NCBI GenBank assembly: GCA_964016885.1
Contig: OZ024742.1
Span: 369,396,001 to 369,460,000 of the forward strand
Direction of reading: 5' to 3'
DNA length: 64,000 nt
Source of the DNA: Eledone cirrhosa
Lineage: Eukaryota
Below, one piece after another: positions 1 to 14,829 of this stretch. The notes under the pieces were generated by a model. That model had not been told where the DNA came from. It did no database searches and saw only the letters and a list, made by a program, of their open reading frames with translations. The position numbers and the translations under genes were made by a program. Within the stretch, counting starts at the first letter, position 1. Every line of letters begins with the position of its first letter.

Positions 1-1980
1 CTGTTGGCCAGTGATGTCTGGTCTATATACAGTGTTATGAGCAACTGTACAGATCTCATGTTCAAATGTTGTATGATCACCATATTATATCTGTTGGCCA
101 GTGATGTCTGGTCTATATACAGTGTTATGAGCAACTCTACAGATCTCATGTTCAAATGTTGTATGATCACCATATTATATCTGTTGGCCAGTGATGCCTG
201 GTCTATATACAGTGTAATGAACAACTCTACAGATGTCATGTTCAAATGTTGTATGATCACCATATTATATCTGTTGGCCAGTGATGTCTGGTCTATATAC
301 AGTGTTATGAGCAACTCTACAGATCTCATGTTCAAATGTTGTATGATCACCATATTATATCTGTTGGCCAGTGATGCCTGGTCTATATACAGTGTTATGA
401 GCAACTCTACAGATGTCATGTTCAAATGTTGTATGATCACCATATTATATCTGTTGGCTAGTGATGTCTGGTCTATATACAGTGTTATGAGCAACTCTAC
501 AGATCTCTTGTTCAAATGTTGTATGATCACCATATTATATCTGTTGGCCAGTGATGTCTGGTCTATATACAGTGACATGAGCAACTGTACAGATGTCATG
601 TTCAAATGTTGTATGATCACCATATTATATCTGTTGGCCAGTGATGTCTGGTCTATATACAGTGATATGAGCAACTCTACAGATGTCATGTTCAAATGTT
701 GAATGATCACCATATTATATCTGTTGGCCAGTGATGTCTGGTCTACATACAGTGTTATGAGCAACTCTACAGATGTCATGTTCAAATGTTGTATGATCAC
801 CATATTATATCTGTTGGCCAGTGATGTCTGGTCTATATAGAGTGTTATGAGCAACTGTACAGATGTCATGTTCAAATGGTGTATGATCACCATATTATAT
901 CTGTTGGCCAGTGATGTCTGGTCTATATACAGTGTTATGAGCAACTCTACACATGTCATGTTCAAATGTTGTATGATCACCATATTATATCTGTTGGCCA
1001 GTGATGTCTGGTCTATATACAGTGTTATGAGCAACTCTAAAGATCTCATGTTCAAATGTTATATGATCACCATATTATATCTGTTGGCCAGTGATGTCTG
1101 GTCTATATACAGTGTTATGAGCAACTCTACAGATGTCATGTTCAAATGTTGTATGATCACCATATTATATCTGTTGGCCAGTGGTGTCTGGTCTATATAC
1201 AGTGATATGAGCAACTCTACAGATGTCATGTTCAAATGTTGTATGATCACCATATTATATCTGTTGGCCAGTGATGTCTGGTCTATATACAGTGATATGA
1301 GCAACTCTACAGATGTCATGTTCAAATGTTGTATGATCACCATATTATATCCGTTGGCCAGTGATGTCTGGTCTATATACAGTGTTATGAGCTACTGTAC
1401 AGATCTCATGTTCAAATGTTGTATGATCACCATATTATATCTGTTGGCCAGTGATGTCTGGTCTATATACAGTGTTATGAGCAACTCTACAGATCTCATC
1501 TTCAAATGTTGTATGATCACCATATTATATCTGTTGGCCAGTGATGTCTGGTCTATATACAGTGTTATGAGCAACTCTACAGATGTCATGTTCAAATGTT
1601 GTATGATCACCATATTATATCTGTTGACCAGTGATATTTGGTCTATATACACTGTTATGAGCAACTCTACAGATGTCATGTTCAAATGTTGTATGATCAC
1701 CATATTATATCTGTTGGCCAGTGGTGTCTGGTCTATATACAGTGATATGAGCAACTCTACAGATGTCATGTTCAAATGTTGTATGATCACCATATTATAT
1801 CTGTTGGCCAGTGATGTCTGGTCTATATACAGTGTTATGAGCAACTCTAAAGACCTCATGTTCAAATGTTATATGATCACCATATTATATCTGTTGGCCA
1901 GTGACGTCTGGTCTATATACAGTGTTATGAGCAACTGTACAGATGTCATGTTCAAATGTTGTATGATCACCATATTATAT

Positions 1981-4900
1981 CTGTAGGCCAGTATGTCTGG
2001 TCTATATACAGTGTTATGAGCAACTCTACAGATCTCATGTTCAAATGTTGTATGAAAACCATATTATATCTGTTGGCCAGTGATGTCTAGTCTATATACA
2101 GTGTTATGAGCAACTGTACAAATGTCATGTTCAAATGTTGTATGATCACCATATTATATCTCTTGGCCAGTGATGTTTGGTCTATATACAGTGTTATTAG
2201 CAACTGTACAGATGTCATGTTCAAATGTTGTATGATCACCATATTATATCTGTTGGCCAGTGATGTCTGGTCTATATACAGTGTTATGAGCAACTCTACA
2301 GATCTCATGTTCAAATGTTGTATGATCACCATATTATATCTGTTGGCCAGTGATGTCTGGTCTATATACAGTGTTATGAGCAACTCTACAGATCGCATGT
2401 TCAAATGTTGTATGATCACCATATTGTATCTGTTGGCCAGTGATGTCTGGTCTATATACAGTGTTATGAGCAACTCTACAGATCTCTTGTTCAAATCTTG
2501 TATGATCACCATATTATATCTGTTGGCCAGTGATGTCTGGTCTATATACAGTGTTATGAGCAACTGTACATATGTCATGTTCAAATGTTGTATGATCACC
2601 ATATTATGTCTGTTGGCCAGTGATGTCTGGTCTATATACAGTGTTATGAGCAACTCTACAGATGTCATGTTCAAATGTTGTATGATCACCATAATATATA
2701 TATTGGCCTGTGATGTCTGGTCTATATACAGTGTTATGAGCAACTCTACAGATCGCATGTTCAAATGTTGTATGATCACCATATTATATCTGTTGGCCAG
2801 TGATGTCTGGTCTATATACAGTGTTATGAGCAACTCTACAGATGTCATGTTCAAATGTTGTATGATCACCATAATATATATATTGGCCAGTGATGTCTGG
2901 TCTATATACAGTGTTATGAGCAACTCTACAGATCGCATGTTCAAATGTTGTATGATCACCATATTATATCTGTTGGCCAGTGATGTCTGGTCTATATACA
3001 GTGTTATGAGCAACTCTACAGATCTCATGTTCAATTGTTGTATGATCACCATATTATATCTGTTGGCCAGTGATGTCTGGTCTACATACAGTGTTATGAG
3101 CAACTCTACAGATGTCATGTTCAAATGTTGTATGACCACCATATTATATCTGTTGGCCAGTGATGTCTGGTCTATATACAGTGACATGAGCAACTGTACA
3201 GATGTCATGTTCAAATGTTGTATGATCACCATATTATATCTGTTGGCCAGTGATGTCTGGTCTATATACAGTGACATGAGCAACTGTACAGATGTCATGT
3301 TCAAATGTTGTATGATCACCATATTATATCTGTTGGCCAGTGATGTCTGGTCTATATACAGTGTTATGAGCAACTCTACAGATCGCATGTTCAAATGTTG
3401 TATGATCACCATATTATATCTGTTGGCCAGTGATGTCTGGTCTATATACAGTGTTATGAGCAACTGTACAGATGTCATGTTCAAATGTTGTATGATCACC
3501 ATATTATATCTGTTGGCCAGTGATGTCTGGTCTATATACAGTGTTATGGGCAACTCTACAGATCTCTTGTTCAAATGTTGTATGATCACCATATTATATC
3601 TGTTGGCCAGTGATGTCTGGTCTATATACAGTGACATGAGCAACTGTACAGATGTCATGTTCAAATGTTGTATGATCACCATATTATATCTGTTGGCCAG
3701 TGATATCTGGTCTATATACAGTGATATGGGCAACTCTACAGATGTCATGTTCAAATGTTGTATGATCACCATATTATATCTGTTGGCCAGTGATGTCTGG
3801 TCTACATACAGTGTTATGAGCAACTCTACAGATGTCATGTACAAATGTTGTATGATCACCATATTATATCTGTTGGCCAGTGATGTCTGGTCTATATACA
3901 GTGTTATGAGCAACTGTACAGATGTCATGTTCAAATGGTGTATGATCACCATATTATATCTGTTGGCCAGTGATGTCTGGTCTATATACAGTGTTATGAG
4001 CAACTCTACAGATCTCTTGTTCAAATGTTGTATGATCACCATATTATATCTGTTGGCCAGTGATGTTTGGTCTATATACAGTGTTATGAGCAACTCTACA
4101 GATCTCATGTTCAAATGTTGTATGATCACCATATTATATCTGTTGGCCAGTGATGTCTGGTCTATATACAGTGTTATGAGCAACTGTACAGATCTCATGT
4201 TCAAATTTTGTATGATCACCATATTATATCTGTTGGCCAGTGATGTCTGGTCTATATACAGTGATATGAGCAACTCTACAGATGTCATGTTCAAATGTTG
4301 TATGATCACCATATTATATCTGTTGGCCAGTGATGTCTGGTCTATATACAGTGTTATGAGCAACTCTACAGATGTCATGTTCAAATGTTGTATGATCACC
4401 ATATTATATCTGTTGACCAGTGATGTCTGGTCTATATACAGTGATATGAGCAACTCTACAGATCTCATGTTCAAATGTTGTATGATCACCATATTATATC
4501 TGTTGGCCAGTGATGTCTGGTCTATATACAGTGTTATGAGCAACTGTACAGATCTCATGTTCAAATGTTGTATGATCACCATATTATATCTGTTGGCCAG
4601 TGATCTCTGGTCTATATACAGTGTTATGAGCAACTCTACAGATCTCATGTTCAAATGTTGTATGATCACCATATTATATCTGTTGGCCAGTGATGCCTGG
4701 TCTATATACAGTGTAATGAGCAACTCTACAGATGTCATGTTCAAATGTTGTATGATCACCATATTATATCTCTTGGCCAGTGATGTCTGGTCTATATACA
4801 GTGTTATGAGCAACTCTACAGATCTCATGTTCAAATGTTGTATGATCACCATATTATATCTGTAGGCCAGTATGTCTGGTCTATATACAGTGTTATGAGC

Positions 4901-7560
4901 AACTCTACAGATCTCATGTTCAAATGTTGTATGAAAACCAGATTATATCTCTTGGCCAGTGATGTCTGCTCTATATACAGTGTTATGAGCAACTGTACAA
5001 ATGTCATGTTCAAATGTTGTATGATCACCATATTATATCTCTTGGCCAGTGATGTTTGGTCTATATACAGTGTTATTAGCAACTGTACAGATGTCATGTT
5101 CAAATGTTGTATGATCACCATATTATATCTGTTGGCCAGTGATGTCTGGTCTATATACAGTGTTATGAGCAACTCTACAGATCGCATGTTCAAATGTTGT
5201 ATGATCACCATATTGTATCTGTTGGCCAGTGATGTCTGGTCTATATACAGTGTTATGAGCAACTCTACAGATCTCTTGTTCAAATCTTGTATGATCACCA
5301 TATTATATCTGTTGGCCAGTGATGTCTGGTCTATATACAGTGTTATGAGCAACTGTACATATGTCATGTTCAAATGTTGTATGATCACCATATTATGTCT
5401 GTTGGCCAGTGATGTCTGGTCTATATACAGTGTTATGAGCAACTCTACAGATGTCATGTTCAAATGTTGTATGATCACCATAATATATATATTGGCCAGT
5501 GATGTCTGGTCTATATACAGTGTTATGAGCAACTCTACAGATCGCATGTTCAAATGTTGTATGATCACCATATTATATCTGTTGGCCAGTGATGTCTGGT
5601 CTATATACAGTGTTATGAGCAACTCTACAGATGTCATGTTCAAATGTTGTATGATCACCATAATATATATATTGGCCAGTGATGTCTGGTCTATATACAG
5701 TGTTATGAGCAACTCTACAGATCGCATGTTCAAATGTTGTATGATCACCATATTATATCTGTTGGCCAGTGATGTCTGGTCTATATACAGTGTTATGAGC
5801 AACTCTACAGATCTCATGTTCAATTGTTGTATGATCACCATATTATATCTGTTGGCCAGTGATGTCTGGTCTACATACAGTGTTATGAGCAACTCTACAG
5901 ATGTCATGTTCAAATGTTGTATGATCACCATATTATATCTGTTGGCCAGTGATGTCTGGTCTATATACAGTGACATGAGCAACTGTACAGATGTCATGTT
6001 CAAATGTTGTATGATCACCATATTATATCTGTTGGCCAGTGATGTCTGGTCTATATACAGTGACATGAGCAACTGTACAGATGTCATGTTCAAATGTTGT
6101 ATGATCACCATATTATATCTGTTGGCCAGTGATGTCTGGTCTATATACAGTGTTATGAGCAACTCTACAGATCGCATGTTCAAATGTTGTATGATCACCA
6201 TATTATATCTGTTGGCCAGTGATGTCTGGTCTATATACAGTGTTATGAGCAACTGTACAGATGTCATGTTCAAATGTTGTATGATCACCATATTATATCT
6301 GTTGGCCAGTGATGTCTGGTCTATATACAGTGTTATGGGCAACTCTACAGATCTCTTGTTCAAATGTTGTATGATCACCATATTATATCTGTTGGCCAGT
6401 GATGTCTGGTCTATATACAGTGACATGAGCAACTGTACAGATGTCATGTTCAAATGTTGTATGATCACCATATTATATCTGTTGGCCAGTGATGTCTTGT
6501 CTATATACAGTGATATGGGCAACTCTACAGATGTCATGTTCAAATGTTGTATGATCACCATATTATATCTGTTGGCCAGTGATGTCTGGTCTACATACAG
6601 TGTTATGAGTAACTCTACAGATGTCATGTACAAATGTTGTATGATCACCATATTATATCTGTTGGCCAGTGATGTCTGGTCTATATACAGTGTTATGAGC
6701 AACTGTACAGATGTCATGTTCAAATGGTGTATGATCACCATATTATATCTGTTGGCCAGTGATGTCTGGTCTATATACAGTGTTATGAGCAACTCTACAG
6801 ATCTCTTGTTCAAATGTTGTATGATCACCATATTATATCTGTTGGCCAGTGATGTTTGGTCTATATACAGTGTTATGAGCAACTCTACAGATCTCATGTT
6901 CAAATGTTGTATGATCACCATATTATATCTGTTGGCCAGTGATGTCTGGTCTATATACAGTGTTATGAGCAACTGTACAGATCTCATGTTCAAATTTTGT
7001 ATGATCACCATATTATATCTGTTGGCCAGTGATGTCTGGTCTATATACAGTGATATGAGCAACTCTACAGATGTCATGTTCAAATGTTGTATGATCACCA
7101 TATTATATCTGTTGGCCAGTGATGTCTGGTCTATATACAGTGTTATGAGCAACTCTACAGATGTCATGTTCAAATGTTGTATGATCACCATATTATATCT
7201 GTTGACCAGTGATGTCTGGTCTATATACAGTGATATGAGCAACTCTACAGATCTCATGTTCAAATGTTGTATGATCACCATATTATATCTGTTGGCCAGT
7301 GATGTCTGGTCTATATACAGTGTTATGAGCAACTGTACAGATCTCATGTTCAAATGTTGTATGATCACCATATTATATCTGTTGGCCAGTGATGTCTGGT
7401 CTATATACAGTGTTATGAGCAACTCTACAGATCTCATGTTCAAATGTTGTATGATCACCATATTATATCTGTTGGCCAGTGATGCCTGGTCTATATACAG
7501 TGTAATGAGCAACTCTACAGATGTCATGTTCAAATGTTGTATGATCACCATATTATATCT
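1981..7560. repeat. Tandem duplication of about 31-32 monomers (about 1981-4860 and 4860-7560)
   Basis: Deletion monomers starting CTGTAGGCCAGTATG at 1981 and 4860 (2879 bp apart). Same ordered rare markers follow both: ACAAATG, TTATTAGC, ATTGTATC, AAATCTTG, ACATATG, ATAATATATAT x2, TCAATTG, TGTACAAA, AAATTTTG. Offset becomes 2789 after a one-monomer difference. Ends approximate. Confidence 0.85.
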
Positions 7561-10500
7561 GTTGGCCAGTGATGTCTGGTCTATATACAGTGTTATGAGC
7601 AACTCTACAGATCTCATGTTCAAATGTTGTATGATCACCATATTATATCTGTTGGCCAGTGATGCCTGGTCTATATACAGTGTTATGAGCAACTCTACAG
7701 ATGTCATGTTCAAATGTTGTATGATCACCATATTATATCTGTTGGCTAGTGATGTCTGGTCTATATACAGTGTTATGAGCAACTCTACAGATCTCTTGTT
7801 CAAATGTTGTATGATCACCATATTATATCTGTTGGCCAGTGATGTCTGGTCTATATACAGTGACATGAGCAACTGTACAGATGTCATGTTCAAATGTTGT
7901 ATGATCACCATATTATATCTGTTGGCCAGTGATGTCTGGTCTATATACAGTGATATGAGCAACTCTACAGATGTCATGTTCAAATGTTGAATGATCACCA
8001 TATTATATCTGTTGGCCAGTGATGTCTGGTCTACATACAGTGTTATGAGCAACTCTACAGATGTCATGTTCAAATGTTGTATGATCACCATATTATATCT
8101 GTTGGCCAGTGATGTCTGGTCTATATAGAGTGTTATGAGCAACTGTACAGATGTCATGTTCAAATGGTGTATGATCACCATATTATATCTGTTGGCCAGT
8201 GATGTCTGGTCTATATACAGTGTTATGAGCAACTCTACAGATGTCATGTTCAAATGTTGTATGATCACCATATTATATCTGTTGGCCAGTGGTGTCTGGT
8301 CTATATACAGTGATATGAGCAACTCTACAGATGTAATGTTCAGATGTTGTATGATCACCATATTATATCTGTTGGCCAGTGATGTCTGGTCTATATACAG
8401 TGATATGAGCAACTCTACAGATGTCATGTTCAAATGTTGTATGATCACCATATTATATCCGTTGGCCAGTTATGTCTGGTCTATATACAGTGTTATGAGC
8501 AACTGTACAGATCTCATGTTCAAATGTTGTATGATCACCATATTATATCTGTTGGCCAGTGATGTCTGGTCTATATACAGTGTTATGAGCAACTCTACAG
8601 ATCTCATGTTCAAATGTTGTATGATCACCATATTATATCTGTTGGCCAGTGATGTCTGGTCTATATACAGTGTTATGAGCAACTCTACAGATGTCATGTT
8701 CAAATGTTGTATGATCACCATATTATATCTGTTGACCAGTGATGTCTGGTCTATATACAGTGATATGAGCAACTCTACAGATGTCATGTTCAAATGTTGT
8801 ATGATCACCATATTATATCTGTTGGCCAGTGATGTCTGGTCTATATACAGTGTTATGAGCAACTCTAAAGACCTCATGTTCAAATGTTATATGATCACCA
8901 TATTATATCTGTTGGCCAGTGATGTCTGGTCTATATACAGTGTTATGAGCAACTGTACAGATGTCATGTTCAAATGTTGTATGATCACCATATTATATCT
9001 GTTGGCCAGTATGTCTGGTCTATATACAGTGTTATGAGCAACTCTACAGATCTCATGTTCAAATGTTGTATGAAAACCATATTATATCTGTTGGCCAGTG
9101 ATGTCTGGTCTATATACAGTGTTATGAGCAACTGTACAAATGTCATGTTCAAATGTTGTATGATCACCATATTATATCTCTTGGCCAGTGATGTTTGGTC
9201 TATATACAGTGTTATTAGCAACTGTACAGATGTCATGTTCAAATTTTGTATGATCACCATATTATATCTGTTGGCCAGTGATGTCTGATCTATATACAGT
9301 GATATGAGCAACTCTACAGATGTCATGTTCAAATGTTGTATGATCACCATATTATATCTGTTGACCAGTGATGTCTGGTCTATATACAGTGATATGAGCA
9401 ACTCTACAGATCTCATGTTCAAATGTTGTATGATCACCATATTATATCTGTTGGCCAGTGATGTCTGGTCTATATACAGTGTTATGAGCAACTGTACAGA
9501 TCTCATGTTCAAATGTTGTATGATCACCATATTATATCTGTTGGCCAGTGATCTCTGGTCTATATACAGTGTTATGAGCAACTCTACAGATCTCATGTTC
9601 AAATGTTGTATGATCACCATATTATATCTGTTGGCCAGTGATGCCTGGTCTATATACAGTGTAATGAGCAACTCTACAGATGTCATGTTCAAATGTTGTA
9701 TGATCACCATATTATATCTCTTGGCCAGTGATGTCTGGTCTATATACAGTGTTATGAGCAACTCTACAGATCTCATGTTCAAATGTTGTATGATCACCAT
9801 ATTATATCTGTAGGCCAGTATGTCTGGTCTATATACAGTGTTATGAGCAACTCTACAGATCTCATGTTCAAATGTTGTATGAAAACCAGATTATATCTCT
9901 TGGCCAGTGATGTCTGCTCTATATACAGTGTTATGAGCAACTGTACAAATGTCATGTTCAAATGTTGTATGATCACCATATTATATCTCTTGGCCAGTGA
10001 TGTTTGGTCTATATACAGTGTTATTAGCAACTGTACAGATGTCATGTTCAAATGTTGTATGATCACCATATTATATCTGTTGGCCAGTGATGTCTGGTCT
10101 ATATACAGTGTTATGAGCAACTCTACAGATCGCATGTTCAAATGTTGTATGATCACCATATTGTATCTGTTGGCCAGTGATGTCTGGTCTATATACAGTG
10201 TTATGAGCAACTCTACAGATCTCTTGTTCAAATCTTGTATGATCACCATATTATATCTGTTGGCCAGTGATGTCTGGTCTATATAAAGTGTTATGAGCAA
10301 CTGTACAGATGTCATGTTCAAATGTTGTATGATCACCATATTATATCTGTTGGCCAGTGATGTCTGGTCTATATACAGTGTTATGAGCAACTGTACATAT
10401 GTCATGTTCAAATGTTGTATGATCACCATATTATGTCTGTTGGCCAGTGATGTCTGGTCTATATACAGTGTTATGAGCAACTCTACAGATGTCATGTTCA

Positions 10501-13500
10501 AATGTTGTATGATCACCATAATATATATATTGGCCAGTGATGTCTGGTCTATATACAGTGTTATGAGCAACTCTACAGATCGCATGTTCAAATGTTGTAT
10601 GATCACCATATTATATCTGTTGGCCAGTGATGTCTGGTCTATATACAGTGTTATGAGCAACTCTACAGATGTCATGTTCAAATGTTGTATGATCACCATA
10701 ATATATATATTGGCCAGTGATGTCTGGTCTATATACAGTGTTATGAGCAACTCTACAGATCGCATGTTCAAATGTTGTATGATCACCATATTATATCTGT
10801 TGGCCAGTGATGTCTGGTCTATATACAGTGTTATGAGCAACTCTACAGATCTCATGTTCAATTGTTGTATGATCACCATATTATATCTGTTGGCCAGTGA
10901 TGTCTGGTCTACATACAGTGTTATGAGCAACTCTACAGATGTCATGTTCAAATGTTGTATGATCACCATATTATATCTGTTGGCCAGTGATGTCTGGTCT
11001 ATATACAGTGACATGAGCAACTGTACAGATGTCATGTTCAAATGTTGTATGATCACCATATTATATCTGTTGGCCAGTGATGTCTGGTCTATATACAGTG
11101 ACATGAGCAACTGTACAGATGTCATGTTCAAATGTTGTATGATCACCATATTATATCTGTTGGCCAGTGATGTCTGGTCTATATACAGTGTTATGAGCAA
11201 CTCTACAGATCGCATGTTCAAATGTTGTATGATCACCATATTATATCTGTTGGCCAGTGATGTCTGGTCTATATACAGTGTTATGAGCAACTGTACAGAT
11301 GTCATGTTCAAATGTTGTATGATCACCATATTATATCTGTTGGTCAGTGATGTCTGGTCTATATACAGTGTTATGGGCAACTCTACAGATCTCTTGTTCA
11401 AATGTTGTATGATCACCATATTATATCTGTTGGCCAGTGATGTCTGGTCTATATACAGTGACATGAGCAACTGTACAGATGTCATGTTCAAATGTTGTAT
11501 GATCACCATATTATATCTGTTGGCCAGTGATGTCTTGTCTATATACAGTGATATGGGCAACTCTACAGATGTCATGTTCAAATGTTGTATGATCACCATA
11601 TTATATCTGTTGGCCAGTGATGTCTGGTCTACATACAGTGTTATGAGTAACTCTACAGATGTCATGTACAAATGTTGTATGATCACCATATTATATCTGT
11701 TGGCCAGTGATGTCTGGTCTATATACAGTGTTATGAGCAACTGTACAGATGTCATGTTCAAATGGTGTATGATCACCATATTATATCTGTTGGCCAGTGA
11801 TGTCTGGTCTATATACAGTGTTATGAGCAACTCTACAGATCTCTTGTTCAAATGTTGTATGATCACCATATTATATCTGTTGGCCAGTGATGTTTGGTCT
11901 ATATACAGTGTTATGAGCAACTCTACAGATCTCATGTTCAAATGTTGTATGATCACCATATTATATCTGTTGGCCAGTGATGTCTGGTCTATATACAGTG
12001 TTATGAGCAACTGTACAGATCTCATGTTCAAATTTTGTATGATCACCATATTATATCTGTTGACCAGTGATGTCTGGTCTATATACAGTGATATGAGCAA
12101 CTCTACAGATCTCATGTTCAAATGTTGTATGATCACCATATTATATCTGTTGGCCAGTGATGTCTGGTCTATATACAGTGTTATGAGCAACTGTACAGAT
12201 CTCATGTTCAAATGTTGTATGATCACCATATTATATCTGTTGGCCAGTGATGTCTGGTCTATATACAGTGTTATGAGCAACTCTACAGATGTCATGTTCA
12301 AATGTTGTATGATCACCATATTATATCTGTTGGCCAGTGATGCCTGGTCTATATACAGTGTAATGAGCAACTCTACAGATGTCATGTTCAAATGTTGTAT
12401 GATCACCATATTATATCTGTTGGCCAGTGATGTCTGGTCTATATACAGTGTTATGAGCAACTCTACAGATCTCTTGTTCAAATGTTGTATGATCACCATA
12501 TTATATCTGTTGGCCAGTGATGTCTGGTCTATATACAGTGACATGAGCAACTGTACAGATGTCATGTTCAAATGTTGTATGATCACCATATTATATCTGT
12601 TGGCCAGTGATGTCTGGTCTATATACAGTGATATGAGCAACTCTACAGATGTCATGTTCAAATGTTGAATGATCACCATATTATATCTGTTGGCCAGTGA
12701 TGTCTGGTCTACATACAGTGTTATGAGCAACTCTACAGATGTCATGTTCAAATGTTGTATGATCACCATATTATATCTGTTGGCCAGTGATGTCTGGTCT
12801 ATATAGAGTGTTATGAGCAACTGTACAGATGTCATGTTCAAATGGTGTATGATCACCATATTATATCTGTTGGCCAGTGATGTCTGGTCTATATACAGTG
12901 TTATGAGCAACTCTACAGATGTCATGTTCAAATGTTGTATGATCACCATATTATATCTGTTGGCCAGTGGTGTCTGGTCTATATACAGTGATATGAGCAA
13001 CTCTACAGATGTAATGTTCAGATGTTGTATGATCACCATATTATATCTGTTGGCCAGTGATGTCTGGTCTATATACAGTGATATGAGCAACTCTACAGAT
13101 GTCATGTTCAAATGTTGTATGATCACCATATTATATCCGTTGGCCAGTTATGTCTGGTCTATATACAGTGTTATGAGCAACTGTACAGATCTCATGTTCA
13201 AATGTTGTATGATCACCATATTATATCTGTTGGCCAGTGATGTCTGGTCTATATACAGTGTTATGAGCAACTCTACAGATCTCATGTTCAAATGTTGTAT
13301 GATCACCATATTATATCTGTTGGCCAGTGATGTCTGGTCTATATACAGTGTTATGAGCAACTCTACAGATGTCATGTTCAAATGTTGTATGATCACCATA
13401 TTATATCTGTTGACCAGTGATGTCTGGTCTATATACAGTGATATGAGCAACTCTACAGATGTCATGTTCAAATGTTGTATGATCACCATATTATATCTGT

Positions 13501-13900
13501 TGGCCAGTGATGTCTGGTCTATATACAGTGTTATGAGCAACTCTAAAGACCTCATGTTCAAATGTTATATGATCACCATATTATATCTGTTGGCCAGTGA
13601 TGTCTGGTCTATATACAGTGTTATGAGCAACTGTACAGATGTCATGTTCAAATGTTGTATGATCACCATATTATATCTGTTGGCCAGTATGTCTGGTCTA
13701 TATACAGTGTTATGAGCAACTCTACAGATCTCATGTTCAAATGTTGTATGAAAACCATATTATATCTGTTGGCCAGTGATGTCTGGTCTATATACAGTGT
13801 TATGAGCAACTCTACAAATGTCATGTTCAAATGTTGTATGATCACCATATTATATCTCTTGGCCAGTGATGTTTGGTCTATATACAGTGTTATTAGCAAC
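4410..13900. repeat. Tandem duplication of about 52-55 monomers (about 4410-9240 and 9358-13900)
   Basis: ORF 8135..9037 translates identically to 12813..13715 (offset 4678). ORF starts 4835 and 9783 share MKTRLY...DVCS (offset 4948). Offsets step 4948, 5038, 4858, 4678, i.e. by whole monomers. Confidence 0.88.
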
Positions 13901-14829
13901 TGTACAGATGTCATGTTCAAATGTTGTATGATCACCATATTATATCTGTTGGCCAGTGATGTCTGGTCTATATACAGTGTTATGAGCAACTCTACAGATC
14001 GCATGTTCAAATGTTGTATGATCACCATATTGTATCTGTTGGCCAGTGATGTCTGGTCTATATACAGTGTTATGAGCAACTCTACAGATCTCTTGTTCAA
14101 ATCTTGTATGATCACCATATTATATCTGTTGGCCAGTGATGTCTGGTCTATATACAGTGTTATGAGCAACTGTACATATGTCATGTTCAAATGTTGTATG
14201 ATCACCATATTATGTCTGTTGGCCAGTGATGTCTGGTCTATATACAGTGTTATGAGCAACTCTACAGATGTCATGTTCAAATGTTGTATGATCACCATAA
14301 TATATATATTGGCCAGTGATGTCTGGTCTATATACAGTGTTATGAGCAACTCTACAGATCGCATGTTCAAATGTTGTATGATCACCATATTATATCTGTT
14401 GGCCAGTGATGTCTGGTCTATATACAGTGTTATGAGCAACTCTACAGATGTCATGTTCAAATGTTGTATGATCACCATAATATATATATTGGCCAGTGAT
14501 GTCTGGTCTATATACAGTGTTATGAGCAACTGTACAGATGTCATGTTCAAATGGTGTATGATCACCATATTATATCTGTTGGCCAGTGATGTCTGGTCTA
14601 TATACAGTGTTATGAGCAACTCTACAGATCTCATTTTCAATTGTTGTATGATCACCATATTATATCTGTTGGCCAGTGATGTCTGGTCTATATACAGTGT
14701 TATGAGCAACTGTACAGATGTCATGTTCAAATGTTGTATGATCATCATATTATATCTGTTGGCCAGTGATGTCTGGTTTATATACAGTGTTATGAACAAC
14801 TCTACAGATCTCTTGTTCAAATGTTGTAT

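Noticed and set aside
24-29. TATATA as a TATA-box promoter
   Set aside because: It is a short AT motif repeated in every monomer, with no downstream gene or other support.
11-90. Tandem C/D-box snoRNA, tRNA or 5S-like RNA gene cluster
   Set aside because: GTGATGT is only an imperfect box C, and the plus-strand consensus has no CTGA box D. I see no cloverleaf, Pol III A/B boxes or T-run terminator, and no spacers between units.
31-90. Internal sub-repeat (TGTTATGAGCAAC versus TGTTGTATGATCACC) suggesting a shorter ancestral unit
   Set aside because: Similarity is short (about 11/18 from the ATGA anchor, 36 bp apart) in AT-rich sequence and does not tile 90 bp as 2x45 or 3x30. It cannot be separated from chance by eye.
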